Source: a bacterium
GTDB taxonomy: Bacteria; Patescibacteriota; Minisyncoccia; Minisyncoccales; Minisyncoccaceae
Direction: 5' to 3'
NCBI GenBank assembly: GCA_023228085.1
Contig: JALOBW010000004.1
Coordinates: 2,070 to 66,069, forward strand
Length of the DNA: 64,000 nucleotides
In this document: positions 46,662 to 56,474 of the stretch, one piece after another
How positions within the stretch are numbered: position 1 is the stretch's first letter
Layout: each line of letters begins with the position of its first letter
The notes under the pieces: generated by a model
The model's input: the letters and a program-made list of their open reading frames with translations, nothing else
Database searches by the model: none
What the model was told of the DNA's origin: nothing
Made by a program: the position numbers and the translations under genes

Positions 46662-48698
46662 ATGGCTAGAGATTTAGCATTAAATAACCCAAGCTTAAAG
46701 ATACTACAAGACTCTGTTATACAGAACCCAAAATATCAAGTTCTGGTAAAGCCATCCCATGATTCAGGTGATGAAGAATATGTTGACATCACTGAATATA
46801 TAACAGTAGGCTCCATTGAAAGAAATATTGAAGGAGAGCCATGCACTGCAAGCATAACAGTCTCTTCTAAAAGAGGAGAATTTGATATATGCAATCTAAA
46901 TAGCCTATTGAGAAATACATTTAAAGATAAGGCTATGGTTAAAATATCCCTAGGGATGGGAGACATTACTAATCCAGATAATCTATTGTCAATGTTTACT
47001 GGGTATGTAGCTAGTGGCTATGACCAAGAATATATCAGAAGAGAAGAGGAAACTGTTACTATCCCACTCCAAGACAGAAGTTGCTTTCTGGATTCACCAA
47101 TCACTACAGACCAATATCTGAATACTGACTTAGAAACTGTATTAGATGATGTATTAAAAACATATGGTGGGTTAAGTGCTGATGAGATAGGAGACATAAG
47201 TACACTTGCCTCATATACTGTTCCAATGTGCCAATTTACAGATGAGACAATTTGGGACATAGTAAATATGATTTGTCAAGTAGCTATAGTATTGCCATAC
47301 TTTGATGAAGATGGAGTTTTGAGAGTAACCAGAATACCAATGACAATAACTGGGACGGATACTGAATATTATGTATGGGACCAATTAAAATTTCAAGATG
47401 ATGAAACAGCAGGAACTCCAACTCTATCAATATCTCATTCATGGAATAATGATTCACTAAGATCTAAAATAACAACTATAGGTGGAATTAAATCAAATGA
47501 ATGGACTGGTGGGCAAGTTCCAGTAATAGATGTTGATCCAAACTTTGTCGGGTATGCATTAGGGCTTAAGCCTGATTTTGAAGCCACAACTACTTTATGG
47601 TATGGATCATTAGGCAACCCATGTTATGATTGCCTTTCAAGAGACCCAAGTGCTACTGGGGATGATAGATATTTTGGAGCAGGGTTTCAAGGCACAATAG
47701 TTCCAATTTACTTTTTAAATGAAGGTGAAACTATAGAAGATGACTATTTAATAGTTAGCCAACTAAGAAAAGACCCAGACAACTGGGCATTGGTAGTTCA
47801 AGGCCCATTCCCATGGACAAGATATACTCATGACTGCCAAGGAGATGGACCAGGAATAAGGCAATGGGGATGCAGACCAGCAGAACCATATCAGACTGTT
47901 CAAACTGGAATAGGAGACGGAGGAGACCTTGGCACTTCTGGATATTTTAGTATATACAATACAGATGGGGGGACTACCGTTCAAATAGACGTATCCACCT
48001 TGAGCAATGAAATGACTTGGTGCGAATATCCTGTTCAAAGATTCTTTGAAAATGGGTGGGGAGACCGGTGTGTAGATTTAGGAATAGTTCCAAGTAAAGA
48101 TGAATGGGATAGCTTTATGGGGATAATGACCGGCAATGGGCAGCCAGGGTCAGGAGTTCCATACCCATTTGATCCGGAAGATTACGATGGTCCAACATCT
48201 ACTGAATTTTATGTATATGCATTAACATTCCTAGCTATACATAGTGGTCGTGATTTTAATTGGGCATACGGAGATTATGATTATAGAAATAAAATATTTA
48301 GATGGGGAGGTCTCTATTTAGCTGGAGAATTTTACCCAGAGACAAGTTATACTGGGTCTGCTGTAGATGCAGAGCTGGATGCTTATTATGGAGAATCTAG
48401 GTATGAAGAAGTTGAAAACCCATTGCTTTGGGACGACAATGACTGCAATGATTTAGCAACTTCAATAATAGATAGTGCTAAAATATTCTATCTCCAAACA
48501 AAAGTCACTAGACCATTAAATTTTGAAATAGAACCAGGAGACAATATTTTGTATTTAAATGTAGAAACTGGGTGTGAAGAAAAGGCTTGTATTACAAGAG
48601 TGGCATATAACTTTGGAAATAGAAGTGATGCATTTACAACTGAAGCCTATGGTGGGATATTAGATATTGACGGAACTGTAATAAAGACTTGGGTGTAA
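46662..48698 (+). CDS. baseplate hub / tail tip protein
   Basis: YVDITEY...ASITV...FTGYV...QDRS...FTDETIWDIVNMI...YFDEDGVL; C-terminal EIEPGDNI. Confidence 0.7.
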   Translation: MARDLALNNPSLKILQDSVIQNPKYQVLVKPSHDSGDEEYVDITEYITVGSIERNIEGEPCTASITVSSKRGEFDICNLNSLLRNTFKDKAMVKISLGMGDITNPDNLLSMFTGYVASGYDQEYIRREEETVTIPLQDRSCFLDSPITTDQYLNTDLETVLDDVLKTYGGLSADEIGDISTLASYTVPMCQFTDETIWDIVNMICQVAIVLPYFDEDGVLRVTRIPMTITGTDTEYYVWDQLKFQDDETAGTPTLSISHSWNNDSLRSKITTIGGIKSNEWTGGQVPVIDVDPNFVGYALGLKPDFEATTTLWYGSLGNPCYDCLSRDPSATGDDRYFGAGFQGTIVPIYFLNEGETIEDDYLIVSQLRKDPDNWALVVQGPFPWTRYTHDCQGDGPGIRQWGCRPAEPYQTVQTGIGDGGDLGTSGYFSIYNTDGGTTVQIDVSTLSNEMTWCEYPVQRFFENGWGDRCVDLGIVPSKDEWDSFMGIMTGNGQPGSGVPYPFDPEDYDGPTSTEFYVYALTFLAIHSGRDFNWAYGDYDYRNKIFRWGGLYLAGEFYPETSYTGSAVDAELDAYYGESRYEEVENPLLWDDNDCNDLATSIIDSAKIFYLQTKVTRPLNFEIEPGDNILYLNVETGCEEKACITRVAYNFGNRSDAFTTEAYGGILDIDGTVIKTWV

Positions 48699-48702
48699 AA
48701 TT

Positions 48703-49377
48703 ATGAGAAAAGATTTTAAGACATGCCTTGGCAATATTACAACAAAGCCAGAAAGAAAATTTCAAAGGACACTGTCTGCTTCATATACTAAAGATAAGCA
48801 AGATACGGTCAGGGGAACCATAGTTGCTTCAGTAGGAACTAAATTATATGATGTTAAATTATTTAAAACAGATAAGATACTAAAAAATATACCAACCACT
48901 GAATCATCTAGTAATACTTATGTGGTAGGGACTGAAGTGGTTCTTGGATACAACAAGGGCAATAGAGGCAAAATAAATATAATAGGTGTTTATCCACATC
49001 AAATTTCAAGTGGAAGTGATAATAATTTTAATACAAACAATACAAGGCAAAAAGCATCTGATGCTTTTGAGGCAACACAGAAAACTAACTTTGTTGTATA
49101 TTCAGAAGGTGATAGTGATTATTTAGCACCATCCTCAAAGGTTCATTCAGATTTAACTGGAACAGAGCTCCATGACCCAAAAGCTCATACTCATTCTGGA
49201 GATTCAATAACTCCATCAAATATAACATCTCTAAATTCAGAAAGGTTCAATACCATATCTAGAGACAGGTCTGCTTATGAGAATGAAAACACCATCATAC
49301 TATATGACACTGGATCATATAAAGCATTATGTGCATACGTAAATAGTTCATGGCAGGAAATAAAAAGATTTGCATAA
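48703..49377 (+). CDS. tail spike/tip protein (OB-fold-like N-terminus, HxH motif)
   Basis: VRGTIVA...YDVKL...YVVGTEVVLGY; HDPKAHTHSG. Confidence 0.5.
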   Translation: MRKDFKTCLGNITTKPERKFQRTLSASYTKDKQDTVRGTIVASVGTKLYDVKLFKTDKILKNIPTTESSSNTYVVGTEVVLGYNKGNRGKINIIGVYPHQISSGSDNNFNTNNTRQKASDAFEATQKTNFVVYSEGDSDYLAPSSKVHSDLTGTELHDPKAHTHSGDSITPSNITSLNSERFNTISRDRSAYENENTIILYDTGSYKALCAYVNSSWQEIKRFA

Positions 49378-49380
49378 AGC

Positions 49381-49410
49381 TTGCTTTTTAAAAAAAATGA
49401 TATATATTAT
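49381..49410 (+). promoter_or_regulatory. sigma70-like promoter for the replication genes
   Basis: TTGCTT-TTTAAAAA-N8-TATATTAT; same architecture as 55918-55947. Confidence 0.55.
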
Positions 49411-49489
49411 TATATATGAGTAATATGAAAGTTATTATAAAAGATAAAACAAAGCATTTATATGACAGGGCGACAGCTACCAAGAGACC

Positions 49490-49548
49490 GGAGTGGATGG
49501 GAAATAATAATATTACTTACACCTCAAAACAACCTCACCATCCACTCC
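49490..49548. repeat. 11-bp perfect inverted repeat, 37-nt loop
   Basis: GGAGTGGATGG (49490-49500) / CCATCCACTCC (49538-49548). Confidence 0.9.
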
Positions 49549-49563
49549 AAGGAATATTAAATC

Positions 49564-49646
49564 GTGGCAAGTAGGGCATGTGTATTGCATATATGTATAT
49601 GAAAGAATGAGAAGAAATTGTAAAAATAACATAATCTACTTGCCAC
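49564..49646. repeat. 11-bp perfect inverted repeat, 61-nt loop
   Basis: GTGGCAAGTAG (49564-49574) / CTACTTGCCAC (49636-49646). Confidence 0.9.
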
Positions 49647-49671
49647 AGCTTATATAGCACAAGGATTTAAG

Positions 49672-51120
49672 ATGAACAGAAACGAAAAGATGATAATTGA
49701 AGTAAATAATAATTATGTATCAATATCAATGGTCCAAAATTACAATAATATTATTTCCGAAATCATGAAAACGCTCACTGTTAAATCTCCAGGATATTTC
49801 TTTTCTCCAGCATACAAGTCTGGTAAATGGGATGGAAATAAAAGATTTTATTGGACCAACAGTGGATACTTTAATTGCTCTATTGGATTACTTCATGTGA
49901 TAGAAGGATTGCTAAAAAAACTATCTGTTAAATATGAAGTTTTAAAAAGGTATGCCCCAAGAGAAGTTGACTATAATAATCTAGAATTAAACATAGAATT
50001 AAAACCAGAGCAAATAGAGACTCTATATGCTATGAATCGGATGGGGAGAGGAATACTTCAAGCCCCAACTGGATCGGGAAAAACAGAGTGTGCAATAGCA
50101 TTTGCAAAGGAATATTTAGAGAATAATACTGGGATAGTACTGTTCTTAACACATAGACAAAGCATATTTGATCAGGTTTGGTGTAAAAGAATAGAGGAAA
50201 GGCTTGGATTGCCTCAAATGCAAACCAATTATAAAAACATTAAAGCCTATCCATTTTTAGAAGGCAAGCCTGAAGATAATAAAACATACATGGGCAACAA
50301 GGTTATATATATAGCAATGTCTCAAACATTTACAAGACACATAAAAGAATTAAAGTGGTTAAAGCATGTAAAGGTAGTATTTTGTGATGAAGTTCATGCC
50401 ACTGAAACATATAAAAGAAAGACAATATCATCTAATCAAGTTAATATATTTAGATACCTACCAAATTCCTTCCACACATGGGGAATGTCCGCAACACCAT
50501 TTAAAAAAGAAGGAAGTAAAATAGACCTTCACAACTATTATGGAACAGTACAGCACTTTGGTGATGTATTAGAAATTAAATCTAGTAATGGCATTAAAAC
50601 TAAAGTAAATGTCATTACTGTTCCATATAGTCATATCCCAGAAAATTATAGTAATGCAGTTAAAAACTCTATTGCTAACATAGATAAAATACAGGAAATA
50701 AAAAAGATACTCCAGGAAATGCCTGACAATAAAGTGTTGATATTTACTAAATATATAGATCATGGCAATCTAATGTCAAGTATATTAGGAATACCTTTTA
50801 TAAGTGGAGAAACTTCTTCAAAAGAAAGAATAGAAACCTGTAGGTTATTAGAAGATGGAAAGATAAATGCAATTATAGTATCTGGAATATTCTATTTTGG
50901 AGTAGATATTCCATGTATAGATACTATAATATTTGCTCACATAGAGAAGAGTTATATAAATATAATACAGAGTATTGGTCGTGGGAATAGACAATTCCAA
51001 GACAAGAAAGTATTAATAGTATTTGATTTTTACGACAATGACCATAGCTATTTAGAACACCACAGTAGGATAAGGCTAAAGCATTATAAGTCAATGAATT
51101 ATGAAGTAAACATGTGTTGA
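49672..51120 (+). CDS. superfamily 2 helicase (UvsW-like)
   Basis: APTGSGKT, DEVH, MSAT, QSIGRGNR. Confidence 0.9.
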   Translation: MNRNEKMIIEVNNNYVSISMVQNYNNIISEIMKTLTVKSPGYFFSPAYKSGKWDGNKRFYWTNSGYFNCSIGLLHVIEGLLKKLSVKYEVLKRYAPREVDYNNLELNIELKPEQIETLYAMNRMGRGILQAPTGSGKTECAIAFAKEYLENNTGIVLFLTHRQSIFDQVWCKRIEERLGLPQMQTNYKNIKAYPFLEGKPEDNKTYMGNKVIYIAMSQTFTRHIKELKWLKHVKVVFCDEVHATETYKRKTISSNQVNIFRYLPNSFHTWGMSATPFKKEGSKIDLHNYYGTVQHFGDVLEIKSSNGIKTKVNVITVPYSHIPENYSNAVKNSIANIDKIQEIKKILQEMPDNKVLIFTKYIDHGNLMSSILGIPFISGETSSKERIETCRLLEDGKINAIIVSGIFYFGVDIPCIDTIIFAHIEKSYINIIQSIGRGNRQFQDKKVLIVFDFYDNDHSYLEHHSRIRLKHYKSMNYEVNMC

Positions 51121-51132
51121 TAGGTATGTAAT

Positions 51133-52779
51133 TTGGCAACTAGAAAAGAGGATTATTCTAAATGGAGAATTACCAATAGATTTAAGGTTCCAAATGTTCA
51201 CATTAGATTCACTACTCCTATATTTAAGGACATTATAACTGGCAAGATGAATAAGTATCAAATAAAGATACTTTTATTTGTTTTACACAATAAAGTTGAT
51301 AATGTTCTTAACCTATCTAAGGCAATAGGATGTCCTACAAGATCTTATGAGGTTGGTAAGGCACTAGATAGTCTAAAGAACTATAAAATTATAAAAGATA
51401 AGCTTGTATATGAAGAAGGATTCGAAGGACTACCAGACCACTTAATAACAGTTAAGGTTGAAAAGATATACCATCTTATTGATGATAATTTTAGACCAAC
51501 ACAGGAATTATTAGCCAAACCATGTGAAAATATGATAATGAATGAAGTTGCTTATAGGTTTTGTATAGAGTCAATAGCTAGTGCATTTAAAATAAGGCTA
51601 CTATTGGTTTGCATAAGTCTATATAGATATATAGATTCAATGCAAGATATCCAGAATTATTTAGAGGTTAGAAGTAGAAGTGAAAGGATAAGGGAGTATT
51701 TAAAGTTATTTATTGAAGATATGAGAATAGTTTACTCAGAGAATTTAAAGAAGGTTTTATGGCCAGACTATTTCTGGAACGATGAGGTTGATGCAAGGAA
51801 TGAATTAAAGACAACTGTAATATCCAATGATGATAAAAGAAAAGAAAGAAAAGTAACAAAAGAAATAAAAGAAAATAATTCCTTATTAAAAAATAAATAT
51901 ATATATAATAAATATAAACTATGCGGAAAAGCAATAATAAGTCCAAAAGGGAGATTGGTAGGGAGAGTAACTTCAGAGTGGTATGCCAAGAATTTAGAGG
52001 ACAATAGAAGAGACATAATTGCGCAATGTGGACTTACAGAAGAGATTTATGGAAACAAAAACAAGCCGGAGGTTATAAATATGAATAGTCTTTGCGAAGC
52101 ATTGCAAAATTCAGTAGGATTCAAGAAGTCAAAAAGGCACTCAATTCCAAAAAACAATAGAGATGTTAGTGTTGAATTTTCTACAATAAGGTCTCTTGAT
52201 AAGGCAACTATTGATGCTATAAATAATCACACTAAGGCTATGCTTTTCTTGGACAACTACAATCCATTCATTGATGCTCCAATAGATTTTACATTTGACC
52301 TTAATGGAAAAAGATTTAGAATATACAATCCCCTGTATGAGATGAAAAAGATAATAGACAAGTATGATGAATTAGTGTCTGGTAGGGTTAAAAAAGCAAA
52401 AAATCAATACCAAAGTAGGGTTTCATCTGGGACTAGAAGGATGGTTAGTGAATTCTACTTTAGATGCTTTAACTCACAAATAGACCCAATTCTATTCCTT
52501 GACTACTTAAATGAAAACCTATGGAAAGGCAGGAAGAGTATTGCTTTCAGGGAAATAATTTCAAAGCCTGCATTGAGTTTGATGATGAAATTTCACGATA
52601 AGTATTGGAAGGAATATGCAAAAAAGCTTAGGGATATTGCAGATGAAATAGTTGTGAAAAAAGAATTTGTAAAAAAATGTATTAAGGAAGATAGCCCAGA
52701 AGAAATAGAAAGAATAAATGCAAGAAAAGAATTATTATTAAAACAAAGAAAACAAATATTAGAGGAGTTTAGTAAATGA
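51133..52779 (+). CDS. putative replication initiator / helicase loader
   Basis: HTH-like N-terminal segments, Lys-rich KERKVTKEIKENN..KYIY linker, overlaps dnaB. Function inferred from position. Confidence 0.4.
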   Translation: MATRKEDYSKWRITNRFKVPNVHIRFTTPIFKDIITGKMNKYQIKILLFVLHNKVDNVLNLSKAIGCPTRSYEVGKALDSLKNYKIIKDKLVYEEGFEGLPDHLITVKVEKIYHLIDDNFRPTQELLAKPCENMIMNEVAYRFCIESIASAFKIRLLLVCISLYRYIDSMQDIQNYLEVRSRSERIREYLKLFIEDMRIVYSENLKKVLWPDYFWNDEVDARNELKTTVISNDDKRKERKVTKEIKENNSLLKNKYIYNKYKLCGKAIISPKGRLVGRVTSEWYAKNLEDNRRDIIAQCGLTEEIYGNKNKPEVINMNSLCEALQNSVGFKKSKRHSIPKNNRDVSVEFSTIRSLDKATIDAINNHTKAMLFLDNYNPFIDAPIDFTFDLNGKRFRIYNPLYEMKKIIDKYDELVSGRVKKAKNQYQSRVSSGTRRMVSEFYFRCFNSQIDPILFLDYLNENLWKGRKSIAFREIISKPALSLMMKFHDKYWKEYAKKLRDIADEIVVKKEFVKKCIKEDSPEEIERINARKELLLKQRKQILEEFSK

Positions 52780-54095
52780 CAGAATTAGTTAGAGTGCCAC
52801 CCTGTAATTTAGATGCTGAGAGTGCAATACTTGGAATAATCCTAATTGACAATAGTAAGTTTCATTTAATATCAGGGATGATCAATGAGTCTGATTTTTA
52901 TAATTCCAATTTGAGAAAAATTTATTCCATCATAAAAATTATGATCAATGACAATAGGCCATGTGACCTTCTAACATTAAAAGATGAATTGTTAAACAAT
53001 GGATTACTAGATCAAGTTGGAGGGATATCTGCTATAACTAGGCTACTTGATGACATCTCAAGCCCTGTAAATGTAGAGTATTATGCTCAAATAATAAGGG
53101 ACAAGTCAATGCTTAGAAAAGTTATACAAGTTGGTAATACAATGACAACAAAAGGCTATGAAGCTAAAGAAGACCCAATATCAATCATAGAAGATGTTGA
53201 AAATTCAATAGAAGAAATAATTGGAGCTGAATTAAGTAGAGAAGCTGAAAAGATGGGAGAAGTTGACCGTGATTTTATGGAAAAAATGATGGACCAATAT
53301 GAGAACCCAGAGTCATACGGCAACCTATATACTGGATTTAGGAACTTCGACACAATAGTTGGGGGGTTAAGAAAGCAAGATCTTATTATAATAGCAGGAA
53401 GACCTAGTACTGGTAAAACTTCATTTGCACTAACAATCACTAAACATGTAGCCTTTAAAGGAAAGAAGGTTTTATTTTTATCACTAGAGCAAAGTATAGA
53501 TGCTATTAAGAATAGGTTATTGTCAATGGAAACAGAGGCGGATCTTAGGATATTTAAAACTGGTAGTAATGACAAGATTATATTAAATAAGATTATCATA
53601 GCATCATATGAATATAGCAAAAGAGACCTTTTTATTAGTGACAACCCAATGTCAATAGATCAAATATGCTCTATAGCAAAAAGATATAAACTGGTTCATG
53701 ACATAGACTTGTTGGTTATTGACTATTTGGGCTTAATTGATGTCAATGATATGGAAAATAGAAATGCAGAAGTTGCTAAAATGTCAAGGAAAATAAAAGG
53801 ACTTGCTAAAAAATTAGACATCCCAATAATACTACTTAGCCAATTAAATAGGTTAGTAGAGACAAGGAGTTTAAAGAAACCACAGTTGAGTGACTTAAGA
53901 GACTCCGGAGCTTTAGAGCAGGATGCTGATGTTGTAGTATTGCTGTGGTCAGAAGCTATAGATGTTGAAAGTGGTGGATATGCTACATGTGTAGATGGTA
54001 TTCCAGTTAAAGTAATAATTGCTAAAAATAGAGATGGCACAACTGGAGTTGTTGACATGAAATTCCAAAGAAGCTGTGTCTTGTATAAGGAGTGA
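52776..54095 (+). CDS. dnaB: replicative DNA helicase DnaB
   Basis: RVPPCNLDAESAILG, AGRPSTGKT, IDYLGL, LSQLNR, LRDSGALEQDAD, IAKNRDG. Confidence 0.95.
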   Translation: MTELVRVPPCNLDAESAILGIILIDNSKFHLISGMINESDFYNSNLRKIYSIIKIMINDNRPCDLLTLKDELLNNGLLDQVGGISAITRLLDDISSPVNVEYYAQIIRDKSMLRKVIQVGNTMTTKGYEAKEDPISIIEDVENSIEEIIGAELSREAEKMGEVDRDFMEKMMDQYENPESYGNLYTGFRNFDTIVGGLRKQDLIIIAGRPSTGKTSFALTITKHVAFKGKKVLFLSLEQSIDAIKNRLLSMETEADLRIFKTGSNDKIILNKIIIASYEYSKRDLFISDNPMSIDQICSIAKRYKLVHDIDLLVIDYLGLIDVNDMENRNAEVAKMSRKIKGLAKKLDIPIILLSQLNRLVETRSLKKPQLSDLRDSGALEQDADVVVLLWSEAIDVESGGYATCVDGIPVKVIIAKNRDGTTGVVDMKFQRSCVLYKE

Positions 54096-54358
54096 TAATG
54101 AACTATATTTTTGAATATGAATCAGATTTTCAGAGTTATAATTGCTATGAACTTGCAATTCACTCTCCAATTTACTATATTCTAGTACATAGGATATTTA
54201 ATTATGTATTACGACAACATCAAAATGTATTTAATATTAAAAAGAAAGGAAATAAGTGTGTATTCTGGTCAATTAACAATGTTGATAGTTGGGAAAAAGT
54301 AGAAAAAAACACTATTGAGATTAAAAGGAGGTTATTTAATGTTGCTACCAGAAACTAA
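54092..54358 (+). CDS. hypothetical protein
   Basis: AAGGAG RBS; 88 aa. Confidence 0.65.
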   Translation: MIMNYIFEYESDFQSYNCYELAIHSPIYYILVHRIFNYVLRQHQNVFNIKKKGNKCVFWSINNVDSWEKVEKNTIEIKRRLFNVATRN

Positions 54359-54521
54359 ATATGAGAAGTCAAGTGATATTTGTGAAAAACATAAAATATC
54401 ACTGATAGTGGTAATGGACCCAATAGGCTGTTATTTATATAATTGCTATCAGTTCTGCCCAGAATGCAGTCCAAGTGAACCATTACCTCCTGGATTTACT
54501 ATTGAAAGAAAGGAACAATAA
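54339..54521 (+). CDS. small Cys-motif protein
   Basis: AGGAGG RBS before ATG 54339; CEKH...CYLYNCYQFCPEC. Confidence 0.6.
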   Translation: MLLPETKYEKSSDICEKHKISLIVVMDPIGCYLYNCYQFCPECSPSEPLPPGFTIERKEQ

Positions 54522-55555
54522 TGAAAAATATTGATAAACGAGTTATTGCAATACTGGAAACTTGTCCAAATGTATTAATTTGTGACAAGATGAAAGTTGC
54601 AAAAAGAACAGTTAATTTATGGAAAATCAATCCAGAAAGGATGAGTGAAAAACACTCTATTGAATTAGTTAGGAAATTAAATCAAAGTTTCCTTGACATT
54701 AGAAAAGGTGGATATGAGTCATTCCTTGAAAGGTTTGCAGAACCACAAATAAGGCTAAACAGGGTGGATTTACAAATAAATGACAATGATAACTATAAAG
54801 ATGTTGGGTTTATAGGTGATTTGCATGATGGATACCATACTTGCAATCAGAAGCTTATCAATGAAACAATAGAATATTGTGTAGATTATAATATACCAAT
54901 AGTGCTAATGGGAGATTTGGCTGAAATAGGGCAAAAAAGTTCAATAGGGGATTCTGTCTATACTCAAAAGAGACTAATACAACAACAAATAGACAATCTT
55001 TTTGCAAGATTTGAGCCATTAGCAAAAAAAGACTTGATAATAGGTGTAATTAGAGGAAATCATGAAGCAAGAATACTCAAAACTACTGGAGTTGATATTA
55101 TTAGAATAATGTGTAAGATGCTAAATATTGAGCATAGGTATTTAGGAGGAGCTTGTTGGAACTTATTTAAAGTTGGCAACGAGAGCTATGCTGTATATAC
55201 AGTTCATGGAAGGTCATCTTCTAATTTCCAATGGACAAAGTTGGCATATTATGCAAGATTGGCTAATAATTTTGACTGTGACCTTCTTGCTGGTGCCCAT
55301 GTCCATGATCTTGGGCATGTAAGAATAATAACCCAGAGATTAAATAAAGACAAAAAGGGTATAGTTAATCATACAAAGCATGTAATAACCACTGGAGGCT
55401 TCCTAGAGTATGATGGTGGCTATCCGCAGGAGAATTGTATGAATATTGCACAAATAGGATCTCCAAAGGCAAGATTTTATTCAAATGAACACAATATTTC
55501 TATACATGAACTGTTCTCTGGCAAAGAATATAGACCAAAAGAATGGAGTGAATAA
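54521..55555 (+). CDS. calcineurin-like metallophosphoesterase with N-terminal HTH-like region
   Basis: GDLHDG, MGDLAE, RGNHE, VHG, GAHVH. Confidence 0.85.
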   Translation: MKNIDKRVIAILETCPNVLICDKMKVAKRTVNLWKINPERMSEKHSIELVRKLNQSFLDIRKGGYESFLERFAEPQIRLNRVDLQINDNDNYKDVGFIGDLHDGYHTCNQKLINETIEYCVDYNIPIVLMGDLAEIGQKSSIGDSVYTQKRLIQQQIDNLFARFEPLAKKDLIIGVIRGNHEARILKTTGVDIIRIMCKMLNIEHRYLGGACWNLFKVGNESYAVYTVHGRSSSNFQWTKLAYYARLANNFDCDLLAGAHVHDLGHVRIITQRLNKDKKGIVNHTKHVITTGGFLEYDGGYPQENCMNIAQIGSPKARFYSNEHNISIHELFSGKEYRPKEWSE

Positions 55556-55556
55556 T

Positions 55557-55913
55557 ATGAAAAGAAATATGCACATTGAAAGGAAAAAGGCTGGAAGTGC
55601 ACCAATATATCACAATTCCATATTGCAAAATTACAATAATGAGAATATGTGCAAATGGTGCAGCAGGAGCAATGATAACTGTAAGGTTAGTGCAGTTATA
55701 ATAAGAAGGATATCTCAAGATCATAAGATTAAAATATTGGTAACTGAGTGCCCATATTTTGTGGAAAAAACACAAGAGGAACCAAAGATTAAAACTAAAA
55801 CAGATGTATATGCTTGCGGTACATGTGGGAATACCATAAAGGAAGGAATTAGCATATGCCCATTTTGTGGGTTTGAAAGAAATATTTCGCAAGAAGAGGA
55901 AAAAGATGAATAA
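55557..55913 (+). CDS. zinc-finger hypothetical protein
   Basis: CKWC...C...CP and CGTC...CPFC. Confidence 0.65.
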   Translation: MKRNMHIERKKAGSAPIYHNSILQNYNNENMCKWCSRSNDNCKVSAVIIRRISQDHKIKILVTECPYFVEKTQEEPKIKTKTDVYACGTCGNTIKEGISICPFCGFERNISQEEEKDE

Positions 55914-55917
55914 TGAC

Positions 55918-55947
55918 TTGCAATTTAAAAATTCAGGAATATATTAT
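55918..55947 (+). promoter_or_regulatory. sigma70-like promoter
   Basis: TTGCAA-TTTAAAAA-N8-TATATTAT in an intergenic gap. Confidence 0.5.
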
Positions 55948-55983
55948 TTATTGTAACCTATTTAATAAGAAAGGAGATATGGG

Positions 55984-56238
55984 ATGAAAGGTAAGATTTT
56001 AGCAATGTTTTTCATACTTGCAATATGTATAGGATATATTGGATGCGGACATAGCCTAACTGGCAGTGATTGTGAAAGAGATAGACCAGATGCTCCGTAT
56101 GGATATTATCAATACTCTGAATATAAGAGTGGAGAGTACCACTCTATATCATATACAGATGGTCATGGAAGTTGGATAACCTATACATCTAGTGATAAAT
56201 GTAATGATTATGAAGAATCAACTTATAACACAAATTAG
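55984..56238 (+). CDS. small lipoprotein
   Basis: AAGGAG RBS; signal MKGKILAMFFILAICIGYIG-C (lipobox-like). Confidence 0.65.
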   Translation: MKGKILAMFFILAICIGYIGCGHSLTGSDCERDRPDAPYGYYQYSEYKSGEYHSISYTDGHGSWITYTSSDKCNDYEESTYNTN

Positions 56239-56249
56239 GAGGAATTGAT

Positions 56250-56465
56250 ATGGATAATATTGCAAAAATTATTGGGGCTATAGCAATAGCATTTTTTGTC
56301 ATATTTTTAATATCTTGCATTGCTTGCCCATTTATTTACTTGCTATGGAATTGGATAATGCCAACATTATTTGGGCTAAACCACATAACGCTTGCCCAAG
56401 CATGGGGATTAAATATTCTATGTGGAATATTATTTAATAAACAAAGATTATCTTCAAAGAATTAG
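56250..56465 (+). CDS. small membrane protein
   Basis: AGGAGG RBS; two hydrophobic helices (LWNWIMPTLFG...AWGLNILCGILF). Confidence 0.75.
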   Translation: MDNIAKIIGAIAIAFFVIFLISCIACPFIYLLWNWIMPTLFGLNHITLAQAWGLNILCGILFNKQRLSSKN

Positions 56466-56474
56466 GAGGAATTA

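Noticed and set aside
35780-49377. Diversity-generating retroelement acting on tail or adhesin genes
   Set aside because: No reverse transcriptase, and I saw no template/variable repeat pair differing at adenines. The exact repeats in the ligase region show no A-specific mismatches.
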